Source: a virus
DNA: 64,000 nucleotides
Virus record (IMG/VR): IMGVR_UViG_3300032286_001614
Location: 7,746 to 71,745 of that record
Strand: one strand, 5' to 3'
Shown: positions 10,578 through 20,699 of the stretch, piece after piece
Position numbering within the stretch: the first letter of the stretch is position 1
Layout: each line of letters opens with the position of its first letter
Translations under genes and position numbers: made by a program
The notes under the pieces: generated by a model
The model's input: only the letters and a program-made list of their open reading frames with translations
The model's database searches: none
What the model was told of the DNA's origin: nothing

Positions 10578-11738
10578 TTAATAAAAATCTATATAATTAA
10601 AATCTAAGAAACTAAAGTCACCAGTGCTAAAACCTTCTCCTGTTGAATACACTTTAATTACATAACCAATAGTGCTACCTGAAAAAATATCATAACCAGA
10701 AACATTTGTTCCATTATTAAAATAATTTTTTATAGAAAAAAAACCAATTGAATTTCCAGAAATATAACCAGAACTAAAAGATGATTGACCAGTTAGTAAT
10801 CCTGTCTGATATAAATTTATACTATCATTAAAATAAAAAGTATTATTTTTTGTATATCCAGGAACTTGTTTTAAGTAATAAATATCTTTTGTTTTTCCAA
10901 TACCGCTATCAAAAGATATTTTATTTCCAGTATTATATATGTTAAAGTCTTCTGAAAAGAAGTTAAAATATTTTTTTGTAGAAGTAACTTTTATTGTTTG
11001 CCCATCACTAGATGAAGAAAGCATTAACAATTGAGCTGGAGGTCTTTGTTGAGATTGTTGATTAGATAACCAAAAACTAGATTTAGTAATAAAATCTAGA
11101 TTATCAAAAGATTCTCCACTAACAACTATTTCATTACTCCATTTTTGAGATCCATATCTTTTCGTTAAAGTATTATTTTTTTTATAAAAGCATGTAAATT
11201 GTCCAGTTGCAAAATCAAGATTTCTCCCAGTTACATAATTATAATTATTTAAATTTACTGAATTTACTAAAGTAGGACATTCACCTTTCCATCCAGTTTG
11301 ATATACTAATCCACTAATTAAAGAAAAAACTTTAATTTCTGGCTTTCCAACAAAGCCAACATTAGTATCTCCATTATCTTGAAATGCAATAACTGGATTT
11401 CCAGAATTATCAAAACACATTGAAAAATTTCTAAATCTATTTTTATCAGAAGAAATTAGTGCATTTCCAAACCAATTTAATTTTGTTCCAGTAAAATTTT
11501 TAGTTGGAAATTCATTATTTTGAAGTTTCCTTATTTTAATTTCGTTATTTTGAAAATATCCACCCCAAAATCCAGTAAAAAATTGACCACTAGGCAGTGG
11601 CACTCCAGTTTGATTTGGTCCAAACGAAACGAAATCATAACCATACGCATTCTCAAATTTGCCCCAATATTCATAGGGCAAATATTCTTTACCTGTTGGA
11701 ATATAAGTAATCAAAGTTGAATCCTCTTGTAAAAACAC
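10578..11738 (-). CDS. putative virion structural protein
   Basis: 386-aa aromatic/TG-rich ORF in structural operon. Confidence 0.55.
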   Translation of the reverse strand: MFLQEDSTLITYIPTGKEYLPYEYWGKFENAYGYDFVSFGPNQTGVPLPSGQFFTGFWGGYFQNNEIKIRKLQNNEFPTKNFTGTKLNWFGNALISSDKNRFRNFSMCFDNSGNPVIAFQDNGDTNVGFVGKPEIKVFSLISGLVYQTGWKGECPTLVNSVNLNNYNYVTGRNLDFATGQFTCFYKKNNTLTKRYGSQKWSNEIVVSGESFDNLDFITKSSFWLSNQQSQQRPPAQLLMLSSSSDGQTIKVTSTKKYFNFFSEDFNIYNTGNKISFDSGIGKTKDIYYLKQVPGYTKNNTFYFNDSINLYQTGLLTGQSSFSSGYISGNSIGFFSIKNYFNNGTNVSGYDIFSGSTIGYVIKVYSTGEGFSTGDFSFLDFNYIDFY

Positions 11739-12877
11739 TCTTCTGAAATAAACTGTTCTCCAAATTCATTTAATCCAGTTACAGATTGACAATAATCAAG
11801 AACATATGAATAAGGAGAATTACCATTAAATGCTTCCGTTATATATAAATTATTTTCTTTAGAGTTAAAATCACTTATATAACCCTTCCATGTAAAAGAT
11901 CCTAATAATCTATTTGAAATACTAGATGAAAATGAACTTGTAGTTAGTTTCAATCCTTTTATGAAGTATTCTATAGCTAATAAATCAGTGCATGGTTTTT
12001 TTATAATTATTTTTATATCTTTTGCTTTATCAGAACAATCTCTTTTTAATGAATCAGCTTGTAATTTTGTTAAAATAACATCGGCAGAAAGTTCTACTGC
12101 AATAGGCATTTTCATCTGTCTATTAGGAGAATATTTTCCAATAATATAATTTTCATCACGTTGAAAATTAATTCTTAATGTAAAATTTTGAATAAGACAT
12201 GAATTAGATCCAGACATATCTGTAGCAAAACCAAAATCAATTGGAAGTTCCATCATTACATCTCCATGAGTAAGTGCGGAAATTTGCTCTGAGAAATCTC
12301 CATTATCTTTAAAAAAAGAATTTCCAGAGTATATAGAGAATTTATTATTATAAAATTCTCCATCTTGATTTAATGCTGGACTATTTAAATTTATTGGAAG
12401 TCCTGTATAAGAATTAACATTTAATGCTTGACCATTTATATTGGAGACTACAAAACGTCCAACTTCAGCAGATACTAAGTATTCATTAATAAGACAATTT
12501 CCAAGCCCAAAGATATTACAATTATCAAAATTTGAGTAATTTACTTCTTTATTATTTTCAGATGCTACAAAATAAACATTTTTTTCTATATTAAGATTTT
12601 TGAATATAGAATCACCAGTTCCTTTTAATAAAAAACCAATCTTTTTTTCATTATCACCATTTGTAACTAAATAATTATAATTAAAATTTACTATTGGTGG
12701 TTTATTTCTTATATCATTAAATGATAAATCTGTATATTGAACTAGATCTCTATTCATATCTATAGAAAAATCGCAAGATTGAATTCTTGAGAGTTGTTCT
12801 ATATCTTTAAATCCAGTTTGAGTAGAAAAACAATCTCCAGAGGAAACAAATAAAGCTACATTGTAAAAATTATACAC
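11711..12877 (-). CDS. tail tube-like paralog
   Basis: Colinear motifs with 372-aa tube: ALFVSSG/AVFISSG, RIQS/RAQS, GLGN/SLGN, LNSPALN/LNSPAVN, MSGSN. Confidence 0.6.
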   Translation of the reverse strand: MYNFYNVALFVSSGDCFSTQTGFKDIEQLSRIQSCDFSIDMNRDLVQYTDLSFNDIRNKPPIVNFNYNYLVTNGDNEKKIGFLLKGTGDSIFKNLNIEKNVYFVASENNKEVNYSNFDNCNIFGLGNCLINEYLVSAEVGRFVVSNINGQALNVNSYTGLPINLNSPALNQDGEFYNNKFSIYSGNSFFKDNGDFSEQISALTHGDVMMELPIDFGFATDMSGSNSCLIQNFTLRINFQRDENYIIGKYSPNRQMKMPIAVELSADVILTKLQADSLKRDCSDKAKDIKIIIKKPCTDLLAIEYFIKGLKLTTSSFSSSISNRLLGSFTWKGYISDFNSKENNLYITEAFNGNSPYSYVLDYCQSVTGLNEFGEQFISEECFYKRIQL

Positions 12878-12880
12878 AAT

Positions 12881-13387
12881 TTATTGCCTTCCAATCTGAG
12901 GACCATATTGGTTTTGAGAATTATTAGCAGAAGTGTATTGATCTATTGTATAAAATTGAACTTGTCTTGCAACAGATAAACCACGATTATATAAATCAGC
13001 AGCTTCTTTAGCCTGTGTTGTATAATCTTTAGCTAAATCTTTTATTAATTTAGCTTCTGTTGCGCTATTAGAAAGAGATATTGAACTATCGCCTTCTCTT
13101 ACGCTTAAAACTCTTTTTACACCAGCAGCACCAAGATAGTTTGAAACTTGTTTTTTATAATAATCTCCAATATATAATAAAAATGAGATTGCTTGTTCTC
13201 CAGCATCAAGAGCTGGTTCTATACATCCACTCTCATTAACATAACATTTATATGTTAATCCGCCAAGTTGACCTAAAAATGAATTACTTACTAGTTTTCC
13301 ACTAATAAAAGAAATACTCGTAGAAGATGGCGATCCAATTTCTTCGTAAATATCATTCGCTAATCCTGAAATATAATTGCAGCTCAT
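12881..13387 (-). CDS. putative head-tail adaptor
   Basis: 168 aa with SVREGDSSI motif, downstream of capsid gene. Confidence 0.5.
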   Translation of the reverse strand: MSCNYISGLANDIYEEIGSPSSTSISFISGKLVSNSFLGQLGGLTYKCYVNESGCIEPALDAGEQAISFLLYIGDYYKKQVSNYLGAAGVKRVLSVREGDSSISLSNSATEAKLIKDLAKDYTTQAKEAADLYNRGLSVARQVQFYTIDQYTSANNSQNQYGPQIGRQ

Positions 13388-13415
13388 TTTGAATGATACA
13401 CAAAAAGTAGTTAAA

Positions 13416-13775
13416 TTAACGTCCGCGAGCTAATAAATTACTAATATCTTCTTCGTCTTGTTTTTTTAGTTTTGCTGTTACTGGATTTGAATCTTTTATT
13501 TCAACAAAAGCAAATTTTGTTTTTAAAAATTTAGTAATTAATCTATCTGTTAAAACAGCTCTTGAAACAGCATTTGGAATTATGCCGTGTTGAACAGCAT
13601 GACGCTGAAGATCAGCCATATTCATTTCTCTAATAAAAGACTCATATTCTGATTGAGTATTTTGTTTGTATGGAAATTGATTATATCCTACTAATGAATA
13701 TATAGAATCCTCTGGACCTTGTATCTTCATATTTCCTGTTGCAACTTTAGACGGAATTTTTTTTGTATTTGCCAT
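13416..13775 (-). CDS. hypothetical protein
   Basis: 119-aa ORF with upstream GTGTA motif. Confidence 0.7.
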   Translation of the reverse strand: MANTKKIPSKVATGNMKIQGPEDSIYSLVGYNQFPYKQNTQSEYESFIREMNMADLQRHAVQHGIIPNAVSRAVLTDRLITKFLKTKFAFVEIKDSNPVTAKLKKQDEEDISNLLARGR

Positions 13776-13865
13776 ATTTCCTTTTTCCTTTATAATTAGA
13801 GTTAGTATTGGAATTACACTAAAAATTATAGATATTATATTTTAATTTTAATAAAAATAAAAAAT

Positions 13866-13893
13866 AAAAAATCTCCACCTTTTGAGTGGAGAT
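13866..13893 (-). terminator. intrinsic terminator after major capsid gene
   Basis: ATCTCCAC/GTGGAGAT stem followed by a T-run on the minus strand. Confidence 0.8.
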
Positions 13894-13918
13894 AATTTAT
13901 CTTTAATTATTTAATAGA

Positions 13919-15058
13919 TTAGGTGATTAAACCAACTAAGCCACGGCTATCAAGAACAGCGCGACCTTCGCGAGTTGAACCATAGAAACCAATAGTATCT
14001 TGACGATTTAGGAACTGATCGTCTGGTGATAGGTTAAAGGTTTGACCTTCCGCACCAGCTTCGCTAAGTTTAACGAGAGGATTAGTTCCAGCAAGGTTAA
14101 GACCTACAATAATCTGTTCACTAGCTTGAGTGAAGGCGGAACCAGCATAGCTAGTGGAGCCAGCATATTTAGCAAACACTTTATTGTATCTACGATTTTT
14201 ACCCATTTCATAGGCGACAACTAATTCAACGCCGAAGAAGCTTGGGGTTCCAGCGAGATTCCAAACACCGTTACGAACGGCATCGGTAGCAGGAAGAACG
14301 GTAGATTCATCAGTATTTGGAACAGCTTTGGTATTAACAGGGTTATAGGCAATAGCGCGAATACTTTCAACCATTTCTGGGGAGAGTATAAGGTGAGTGA
14401 TTCCCTGTGAACCACCAACAGGAGTGCCACCGAACCAAGAAGGTTTAGTGCGGGCAGCTAGGGTAAAGAGACGATTGATATCATCCATACCGAATGAACC
14501 AGCAGTAGCAGCACGGAGAACCTGACGAGTATCAATAACTCCATCATCATCAGTGTCATACTGAGCATCAGCAATAGCTTTTAGAAGAATGTTGGCTGCA
14601 TTGATTTCTTGTTTAACAAGAACTTCTTGAGCAACACGATTCATAGTAGCAGCTACTACATTAACGCGAGCTTCGCGAGCATATTTTTTCTTCATTGATA
14701 CAGCAGTATCAAGAGAGTAAGTAGTTAAGAATAGCTCATCAAGACCACGAACTTCAGAAGTAGCAAGACCACCAGCGATTGATTGAGTCCAAACATTGAT
14801 AAAGTTACGATCTTTTACATCATAATAAACATCAAGTGGAATAGATGGAGCACTACCTTCTGCATAGGTATCAGCAGCATAAAGATTACCAATGATAGGA
14901 GCCTGTTCGATAACTTGCTGAATTACTGGCCCCATAAAAGCGGCGAACGCTTCTTGTGCAGCGATAGATTCAGTTTTATTACGTGAACCGAGTTGAGCGA
15001 TGAGTTTAGCAGCGTCAGAACCGGCTTTGATAGAAATTTTTCCGTATTGTTCTTTCAT
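13919..15058 (-). CDS. major capsid protein
   Basis: 379 aa, higher GC and biased codons, follows portal-protease-decoration genes, capsid-like C-terminus (IGFYGSTREGRAVLDSRGL). Confidence 0.85.
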   Translation of the reverse strand: MKEQYGKISIKAGSDAAKLIAQLGSRNKTESIAAQEAFAAFMGPVIQQVIEQAPIIGNLYAADTYAEGSAPSIPLDVYYDVKDRNFINVWTQSIAGGLATSEVRGLDELFLTTYSLDTAVSMKKKYAREARVNVVAATMNRVAQEVLVKQEINAANILLKAIADAQYDTDDDGVIDTRQVLRAATAGSFGMDDINRLFTLAARTKPSWFGGTPVGGSQGITHLILSPEMVESIRAIAYNPVNTKAVPNTDESTVLPATDAVRNGVWNLAGTPSFFGVELVVAYEMGKNRRYNKVFAKYAGSTSYAGSAFTQASEQIIVGLNLAGTNPLVKLSEAGAEGQTFNLSPDDQFLNRQDTIGFYGSTREGRAVLDSRGLVGLIT

Positions 15059-15086
15059 TTTAATAAATTATTTTTCTTATTATTGA

Positions 15087-15689
15087 TTATAAAGTGAATT
15101 TTATTTGGACATATCCACCGAAGGCAGAACCAGAGGTAGAAAGCACTTTGCAGACATCTAGACCAGAGCCAATATAGGAAGCAGCATTAGCGGCTGGAAT
15201 AAAGGCGATTTGACCAACAGAACCAGTAATGATACCAATAGAACCGGGAACTGGTGTTCCAACATAAGCAGCTTGTTTTAGAGTATAAATACCATCAGTT
15301 GCAACTGGAATAGTTTCACCAGAAGCTACGATTTGTTTTTCTGATTTTACGGCTGGGTCGAGTAGAACTACTTTTCTGCCTTGCTCGTCGAACTCAACAG
15401 TTCCATTTAGAGCTAGACCAAGAACAGCATATTTGTTATCGCCAGCAGCAGCATAACGAACTTTACGAGGTTGCTCATAGCGTAAGCTAACGGTTCCATC
15501 AAAGGAAGCGCCAGGACCGATAGAAGCAAAATCACCAGCAGAAAGTGCAGGATCTTGATTACCAGTTACAATGGAGACGAATCGACCACCGACACCAGTG
15601 GTGTTTAAAGAGTAGAAGTTAACAACACCCCAAGGATTTTCTTGCTTGAAGGGAAGGATGTCTACGTAAGTATTATTTAGTTGTGACAT
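15087..15689 (-). CDS. head decoration/cement protein
   Basis: 200 aa Gly/Ala-rich, between scaffold and capsid genes, same codon bias. Confidence 0.6.
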   Translation of the reverse strand: MSQLNNTYVDILPFKQENPWGVVNFYSLNTTGVGGRFVSIVTGNQDPALSAGDFASIGPGASFDGTVSLRYEQPRKVRYAAAGDNKYAVLGLALNGTVEFDEQGRKVVLLDPAVKSEKQIVASGETIPVATDGIYTLKQAAYVGTPVPGSIGIITGSVGQIAFIPAANAASYIGSGLDVCKVLSTSGSAFGGYVQIKFTL

Positions 15690-15766
15690 ATTATTTTATA
15701 TCCAGTTATTGGTTTGAAAGTTGATACACTATTTTTTATTATTTTATAGTAATATTAAGTTTTTTT

Positions 15767-17515
15767 TTATTTTTTTATACCAGCTACAGAAATTCCTTCT
15801 GAGAAAGCTTTTAATGTTTTCTCACGTAGATCTTCTGTTATAATGGGAGTATTTGGAACTTGAATATTGGAAGAATTTGCTGTTACTGATGCAATAACTT
15901 CTTTTAGATCTAATGTTTTTTCATCAAGTTCTACAGTAATTCCAGCTTTAGCCATTTTATCTTTCATATATTTAGCTTTTTCAGCTTTATATGTTTTAGT
16001 TTTTTCTTTCATTAATTTCTTTTTCTTTTCCATCCAAGATGCGAAAGATTCATCCGATTGGATTTCTTTTACTTCATCAACAAGAAGAGCGCGATCTTCA
16101 TCTTCTAGATCAAAAGTTTCATCTAAAGAAGCCATACGTTCATTGAATTTTTGTTCAGCAGCAGCAGAAGCTTGTTTTTGCTCAATCTCGGCTAGTTTAG
16201 TTTGAAGCTCTTCAACGGCTTTTCCAAGATTAGCAGCTCTTGATTCAAGTTCAGCTTTAAGTTTTTCAGTAGCAGCAGCAGCTTCTTCTTTTTCTTTTAG
16301 TTCAGCAGCATGTTTTTCTGAAAGTTCTTTAACTTTTTCTTCCATGAAGCCTTGAATTGAGGCAACAGCAGTTTTAGCTTCTAATTTAGTAAAGTCCGAA
16401 TAGTGGGACTCTAGTTCTTGTAATGATTTAATGACCATAGGAATTTTTAATTTAAGTTTATTTTCCGTTACACTTGAATTGGTTTCTTTTATAAAATTTT
16501 TAACTTTTAATATAGCACGAATCATTTTTGCTGGAACATCTTTACAATAAGAGCAGTTATAAATTGGCACGTTATTTAAAATAGAACCATCTTCCATTTC
16601 TAAATCGCAAATATGAACACCCATTTGTGTTTCTGCTTGTTTTGACAAATAACCTTTAAGCTCTTGTTTTAATTGATTAGCTTGTGAATCACATGGACAA
16701 TCCATATTATCCATTTCTTCGGTATCTTCTACATCAATTACTGAATTTTCATTTACAACTGCGATTCCTTTTATTCCAGAGGCAGGATTTTTTACAATCC
16801 CGGCACCGACTGGAAGTATTTCATCTTTTAGAACACGAAAAATAAGCATTCCACCATCTTGTCCAGAACCACCATTAGTTTTTAGTTTACTATCAAAATT
16901 ACTCCATTCAGGATTTTCTTTAGTAATAAAACGTGCATTTGGATTTAATGCATTTTTATCTGGACTAATACAAATCCAATAATCATTAAAAAGTAATTCA
17001 AAAGATGTAGATACTGCTAGGTAATTATCACTTTTTTCATTTGAAGCTTCTTCTATAAGATTACATAAATCAGGATCAACTACGCGCCATAAATATCCTC
17101 CAATAACTAATTGAACTGGATTAGATTGATTTTGTATTTCTTCTTCTTCAATAATTTCATTACTTGGATAAACAGACCAACCAACTTCATCAATTACTCC
17201 ACGAACCAAATCTCTATTATGTTCTGAATTTACTTGTTTATATTCAAACTTTTCAGCAATTTGTATTAAATCTTCAAAAAGAACACAATCATCATTTTTA
17301 TTAGCATAATTAGCTAAAATTAAATTACTTGCAAACACAAGTAAATCAGGATTTTCAATAATTTTATCTTTTATTTCTTGATTAAATATATTTACTAATG
17401 AATTAAGAGATGCTATTGCTAATTTTTGTTTTTCTTTTGGTTGTGCCGGAATACTTTTAGCATGTGTTTCTAAAAAAGTGCGATAAGCATAATCTTTTCC
17501 ATTAAAATGATACAT
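15767..17515 (-). CDS. prohead protease with C-terminal scaffold
   Basis: ANKNDD, VNSEH, STSFEL, GAGIVKNPA motifs of phage maturation proteases; long C-terminal coiled coil. Confidence 0.8.
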   Translation of the reverse strand: MYHFNGKDYAYRTFLETHAKSIPAQPKEKQKLAIASLNSLVNIFNQEIKDKIIENPDLLVFASNLILANYANKNDDCVLFEDLIQIAEKFEYKQVNSEHNRDLVRGVIDEVGWSVYPSNEIIEEEEIQNQSNPVQLVIGGYLWRVVDPDLCNLIEEASNEKSDNYLAVSTSFELLFNDYWICISPDKNALNPNARFITKENPEWSNFDSKLKTNGGSGQDGGMLIFRVLKDEILPVGAGIVKNPASGIKGIAVVNENSVIDVEDTEEMDNMDCPCDSQANQLKQELKGYLSKQAETQMGVHICDLEMEDGSILNNVPIYNCSYCKDVPAKMIRAILKVKNFIKETNSSVTENKLKLKIPMVIKSLQELESHYSDFTKLEAKTAVASIQGFMEEKVKELSEKHAAELKEKEEAAAATEKLKAELESRAANLGKAVEELQTKLAEIEQKQASAAAEQKFNERMASLDETFDLEDEDRALLVDEVKEIQSDESFASWMEKKKKLMKEKTKTYKAEKAKYMKDKMAKAGITVELDEKTLDLKEVIASVTANSSNIQVPNTPIITEDLREKTLKAFSEGISVAGIKK

Positions 17516-17547
17516 AATAAATTTATTACACTATTTTTCTAAATGTT

Positions 17548-17967
17548 TTAATCTTTATATTGCTGAAGAAGTAAAGAAAATTGTTCATTAGTTAAATTTA
17601 AATAATTTTTAAAAATAACTGATTGAGAAGAAAAAAGAGGATCGTCACTTCTTATAGAAATTGCATCATCCCAATCTTTTCTAGCTTGTGGAATAGAGTC
17701 TAATAAAGCATCAAATTGTTCTTCTTTTCCGAATTCACGTAATTTACGTCTAATAAATAATTTAGATAACTCTTTTGTCACTACTTTCGATGATTTTTTA
17801 TCTAATAAAATTAAATTATCTAGTGAATCATAAAAAATTACATTTTCACCTTCGACCACTTTGTTTATAACGTCTATTACTTTAAAAAATTCATTATTTA
17901 AATTTTTATGAGTAGCATTTTTTTCTTTAGATGGAATTATGATATATTTATTCATTTTATAATACAA
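17548..17967 (-). CDS. hypothetical phage protein
   Basis: 139-aa ORF; likely start at 17955. Confidence 0.6.
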   Translation of the reverse strand: MYYKMNKYIIIPSKEKNATHKNLNNEFFKVIDVINKVVEGENVIFYDSLDNLILLDKKSSKVVTKELSKLFIRRKLREFGKEEQFDALLDSIPQARKDWDDAISIRSDDPLFSSQSVIFKNYLNLTNEQFSLLLQQYKD

Positions 17968-18706
17968 GTGTCCAGTTTTTTGCTACTAGAGTAGCTCTAG
18001 CTGCTGCGCTTCCAGTAGTTACAGATCCAGTAGATTGAGAAGTATCTATAGTGCCATTTCTTGTTGATATGCAATTAGCAAGCGTTATGTAAATATTATC
18101 TTTATTTATTTCGCTAGAAAAATTAGTATCGAAATAAACACTGTTAAGTAATGGAAAACCACCGCTAGGTTCTAAAATAAAAGAGTTAAGATTGCAACTT
18201 GGAGTATTAATAGATATATTTATTAATTTTTTGCAATTACTAATATAAAAATCTATGCTATGATTATTATGTGGATTATAAAGATTTAAATCTGTTAAAT
18301 TATCAAAATCGTTTATTTCAAGATAACTATTTGTTGATGTCTCAATATCTAAATTAATAACATCAGAAGATACGTAATAATCCATAAAATTTGATGAAGT
18401 TCTTAAATTAAAACATATTGGAACACCAGCATCAATTCTTGTAGAGCCTAAAATCACACCTTGTGTAGATAAAAAACCTTTTAGTTGAGGTTGTATTCCA
18501 TATGGAGCAGATAGCTCCGTCAAAAGAGCTTTTTCTGTTCCAGATGAGTTTTTTGTTTTAAGAACGGTGTCACCGTTTCCATCATCTTCTGCGTATAAAA
18601 ATGTTTTATCAGCAGGAGGATTTCCTAAAGAATCAGGGTCGAATTCGGATAGAACAACGACTCCGTCTATGATTTTTTGATTTGATGCGGAAGGATTAAA
18701 GGTCAT
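17957..18706 (-). CDS. putative virion accessory protein with LRR-like segment
   Basis: 249 aa with NLTDLNL/KLINISI/LLNSVYF repeats. Confidence 0.5.
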   Translation of the reverse strand: MTFNPSASNQKIIDGVVVLSEFDPDSLGNPPADKTFLYAEDDGNGDTVLKTKNSSGTEKALLTELSAPYGIQPQLKGFLSTQGVILGSTRIDAGVPICFNLRTSSNFMDYYVSSDVINLDIETSTNSYLEINDFDNLTDLNLYNPHNNHSIDFYISNCKKLINISINTPSCNLNSFILEPSGGFPLLNSVYFDTNFSSEINKDNIYITLANCISTRNGTIDTSQSTGSVTTGSAAARATLVAKNWTLVL

Positions 18707-18720
18707 ATGAAAAATATAAT

Positions 18721-20652
18721 TTAGTTAATTGCGCTTTTGGAAAGAATGATTGCGTCAAATTCTGTTAGTTCATATTTAATAGCAATTTCATCAACAACTT
18801 TTGCAACAGCTTGGTTTACTGGTCTAGAATTATTTATATAATCTTTTATATTTGCATCGTTCCATTTTTCATAATCTTCGTGAACCATAATTTGCTTGGT
18901 TAAGGTATCAGCAACGCTAATTTGAGCTTCATTAAGATTACCTTTGACTTTAAATTCTTTCTTTAATTCATTGATAACATTATTTTTTAGCTTATCCGCC
19001 ATTAAAGATAACGAAGCAACTTTTGTCATTGAATATTTCTCTTCGTTTGCTTTTGTGCCGATAGGAGAAATCTTTTTTGAAGATTGCTTAGTATTGATTC
19101 CGGTTGGTCTGCCATTGCCACCATCTTGTGGTTTAGAACCCCCAAGCATTGGTAAATATAAACCATCATCTCTTTGTTTTTTATAAAGTTCTTGTCTGAC
19201 TAAATTACTTTCTATATCTGGTAAAATTCCGCTTTCCATCGCAGTAAATAATTCTTCTGGGCTTAATATCCCTAATTCAGCAAGTCTCAAATAAGTTCTT
19301 GCCGCTACATTTGGATCTTCTAATCTTATTTCTTCAAATTCTATATCAGGAACATTTTTAAAATTCATCGCCTGACAAATACGTTGAATTTCTGGAATTA
19401 GAAATTGAGTTAAAAATATTTTTTGCGCTTCTTTCATTCTTTCTATAAAAACTTTTGTTTTTATTTGAGCGTTCGCAAATTTTTCTCCATCGCCAGTTAA
19501 AATTGATTGCAATCCTTCTCTAATATCTTTTTCTACTTGAATATATTTTTCTGGACCAAGGATAGAACCAATGTCAGGAATAAGCCATTCGCCTTTAGTT
19601 GTATAATCAGCAACAAGAACACGCCCTAAAGTTTGATTTTTGAACATGTTCTGTAGATTAGATAAATTTTGTGGATTTATTCCGCCACCATACTGATCTT
19701 TCTTTTCACCAGTAGTAATCATTAAGATTACTTGCTCTATGGTTCTAGAAAGACTCATGTCCATCTTTTTTAATTCTAGTTTCCACTCAATATCATTTAA
19801 TACTGGGAAAATCATCGGAATTGCCATTGGTTCGTAGTCTTGTTTTTTATAAAAAACGTAACTTAAATTCTTTGGATCTAATGGAATTAAAATTTCATTA
19901 TAACCAGCACCAGCTTTTATTGATTTTTTTACATCAGCTGGAAGACTATTAAAGACTTGTTGATCTTCTTTAGTTTCAGATTTTTTTAATCTTTCTATCT
20001 CAAATGTAGAAAGAACTTTCACCCAATTTTGATCATGTCCCAATCCACCATTCAAATAAACTTGAGCTGGATTTAATATTGTATATTTAATTGGTAAATT
20101 ATTTTCTTTTGCGCCAAAAACACTTTGCATTTTACCATATTGGTCTTGAGACATTTTTCCATTAAATTTATAAATAAAAACATTTCCAGAACGATAATAT
20201 TCACGCATAAACTGTTGCGTAAAAAAATAAATACCAACTTTATTAAACCATTCTGTAAAAAAATCTTTAACAGTTTTATTAGATGTTTTTATATGTAGCT
20301 GACTACAAGAAAATTCTACACTTGCCTCCGTCGCATTTCTAACTATAGAAACATTAGAATATGCACGTTGACAAGTTTCAATAATTGAGCGCATACCAAT
20401 TAAACCATTTCTATTTTCCCAAGGAAGAATACCAGCGTTAATATTTTTATAACGATCTAGTGGAGAAATAGAAGCAGAAAATGAATTTCTTGAACCAGAG
20501 CCATCTGTGCCACAAACTGCTATTGCAGAATAGTGTGGTTGATCATCAAAAGATGCTAAAGCAACTGGAAATTCATTAGATGAATTGGAGTTTTGTTTTT
20601 TAGTCAAATTATTCCAATAGTCAGAATTCTTTTTTCTATAAACGCGTTTCAT
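18721..20652 (-). CDS. portal protein
   Basis: 643 aa between terminase and protease; EYYRSGNVF motif, GGNGRP C-terminal motif. Confidence 0.85.
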   Translation of the reverse strand: MKRVYRKKNSDYWNNLTKKQNSNSSNEFPVALASFDDQPHYSAIAVCGTDGSGSRNSFSASISPLDRYKNINAGILPWENRNGLIGMRSIIETCQRAYSNVSIVRNATEASVEFSCSQLHIKTSNKTVKDFFTEWFNKVGIYFFTQQFMREYYRSGNVFIYKFNGKMSQDQYGKMQSVFGAKENNLPIKYTILNPAQVYLNGGLGHDQNWVKVLSTFEIERLKKSETKEDQQVFNSLPADVKKSIKAGAGYNEILIPLDPKNLSYVFYKKQDYEPMAIPMIFPVLNDIEWKLELKKMDMSLSRTIEQVILMITTGEKKDQYGGGINPQNLSNLQNMFKNQTLGRVLVADYTTKGEWLIPDIGSILGPEKYIQVEKDIREGLQSILTGDGEKFANAQIKTKVFIERMKEAQKIFLTQFLIPEIQRICQAMNFKNVPDIEFEEIRLEDPNVAARTYLRLAELGILSPEELFTAMESGILPDIESNLVRQELYKKQRDDGLYLPMLGGSKPQDGGNGRPTGINTKQSSKKISPIGTKANEEKYSMTKVASLSLMADKLKNNVINELKKEFKVKGNLNEAQISVADTLTKQIMVHEDYEKWNDANIKDYINNSRPVNQAVAKVVDEIAIKYELTEFDAIILSKSAIN

Positions 20653-20699
20653 TCATAGGTAATACACTTAAAAGTTAAAAAATTTCTAACTTTCTCACT

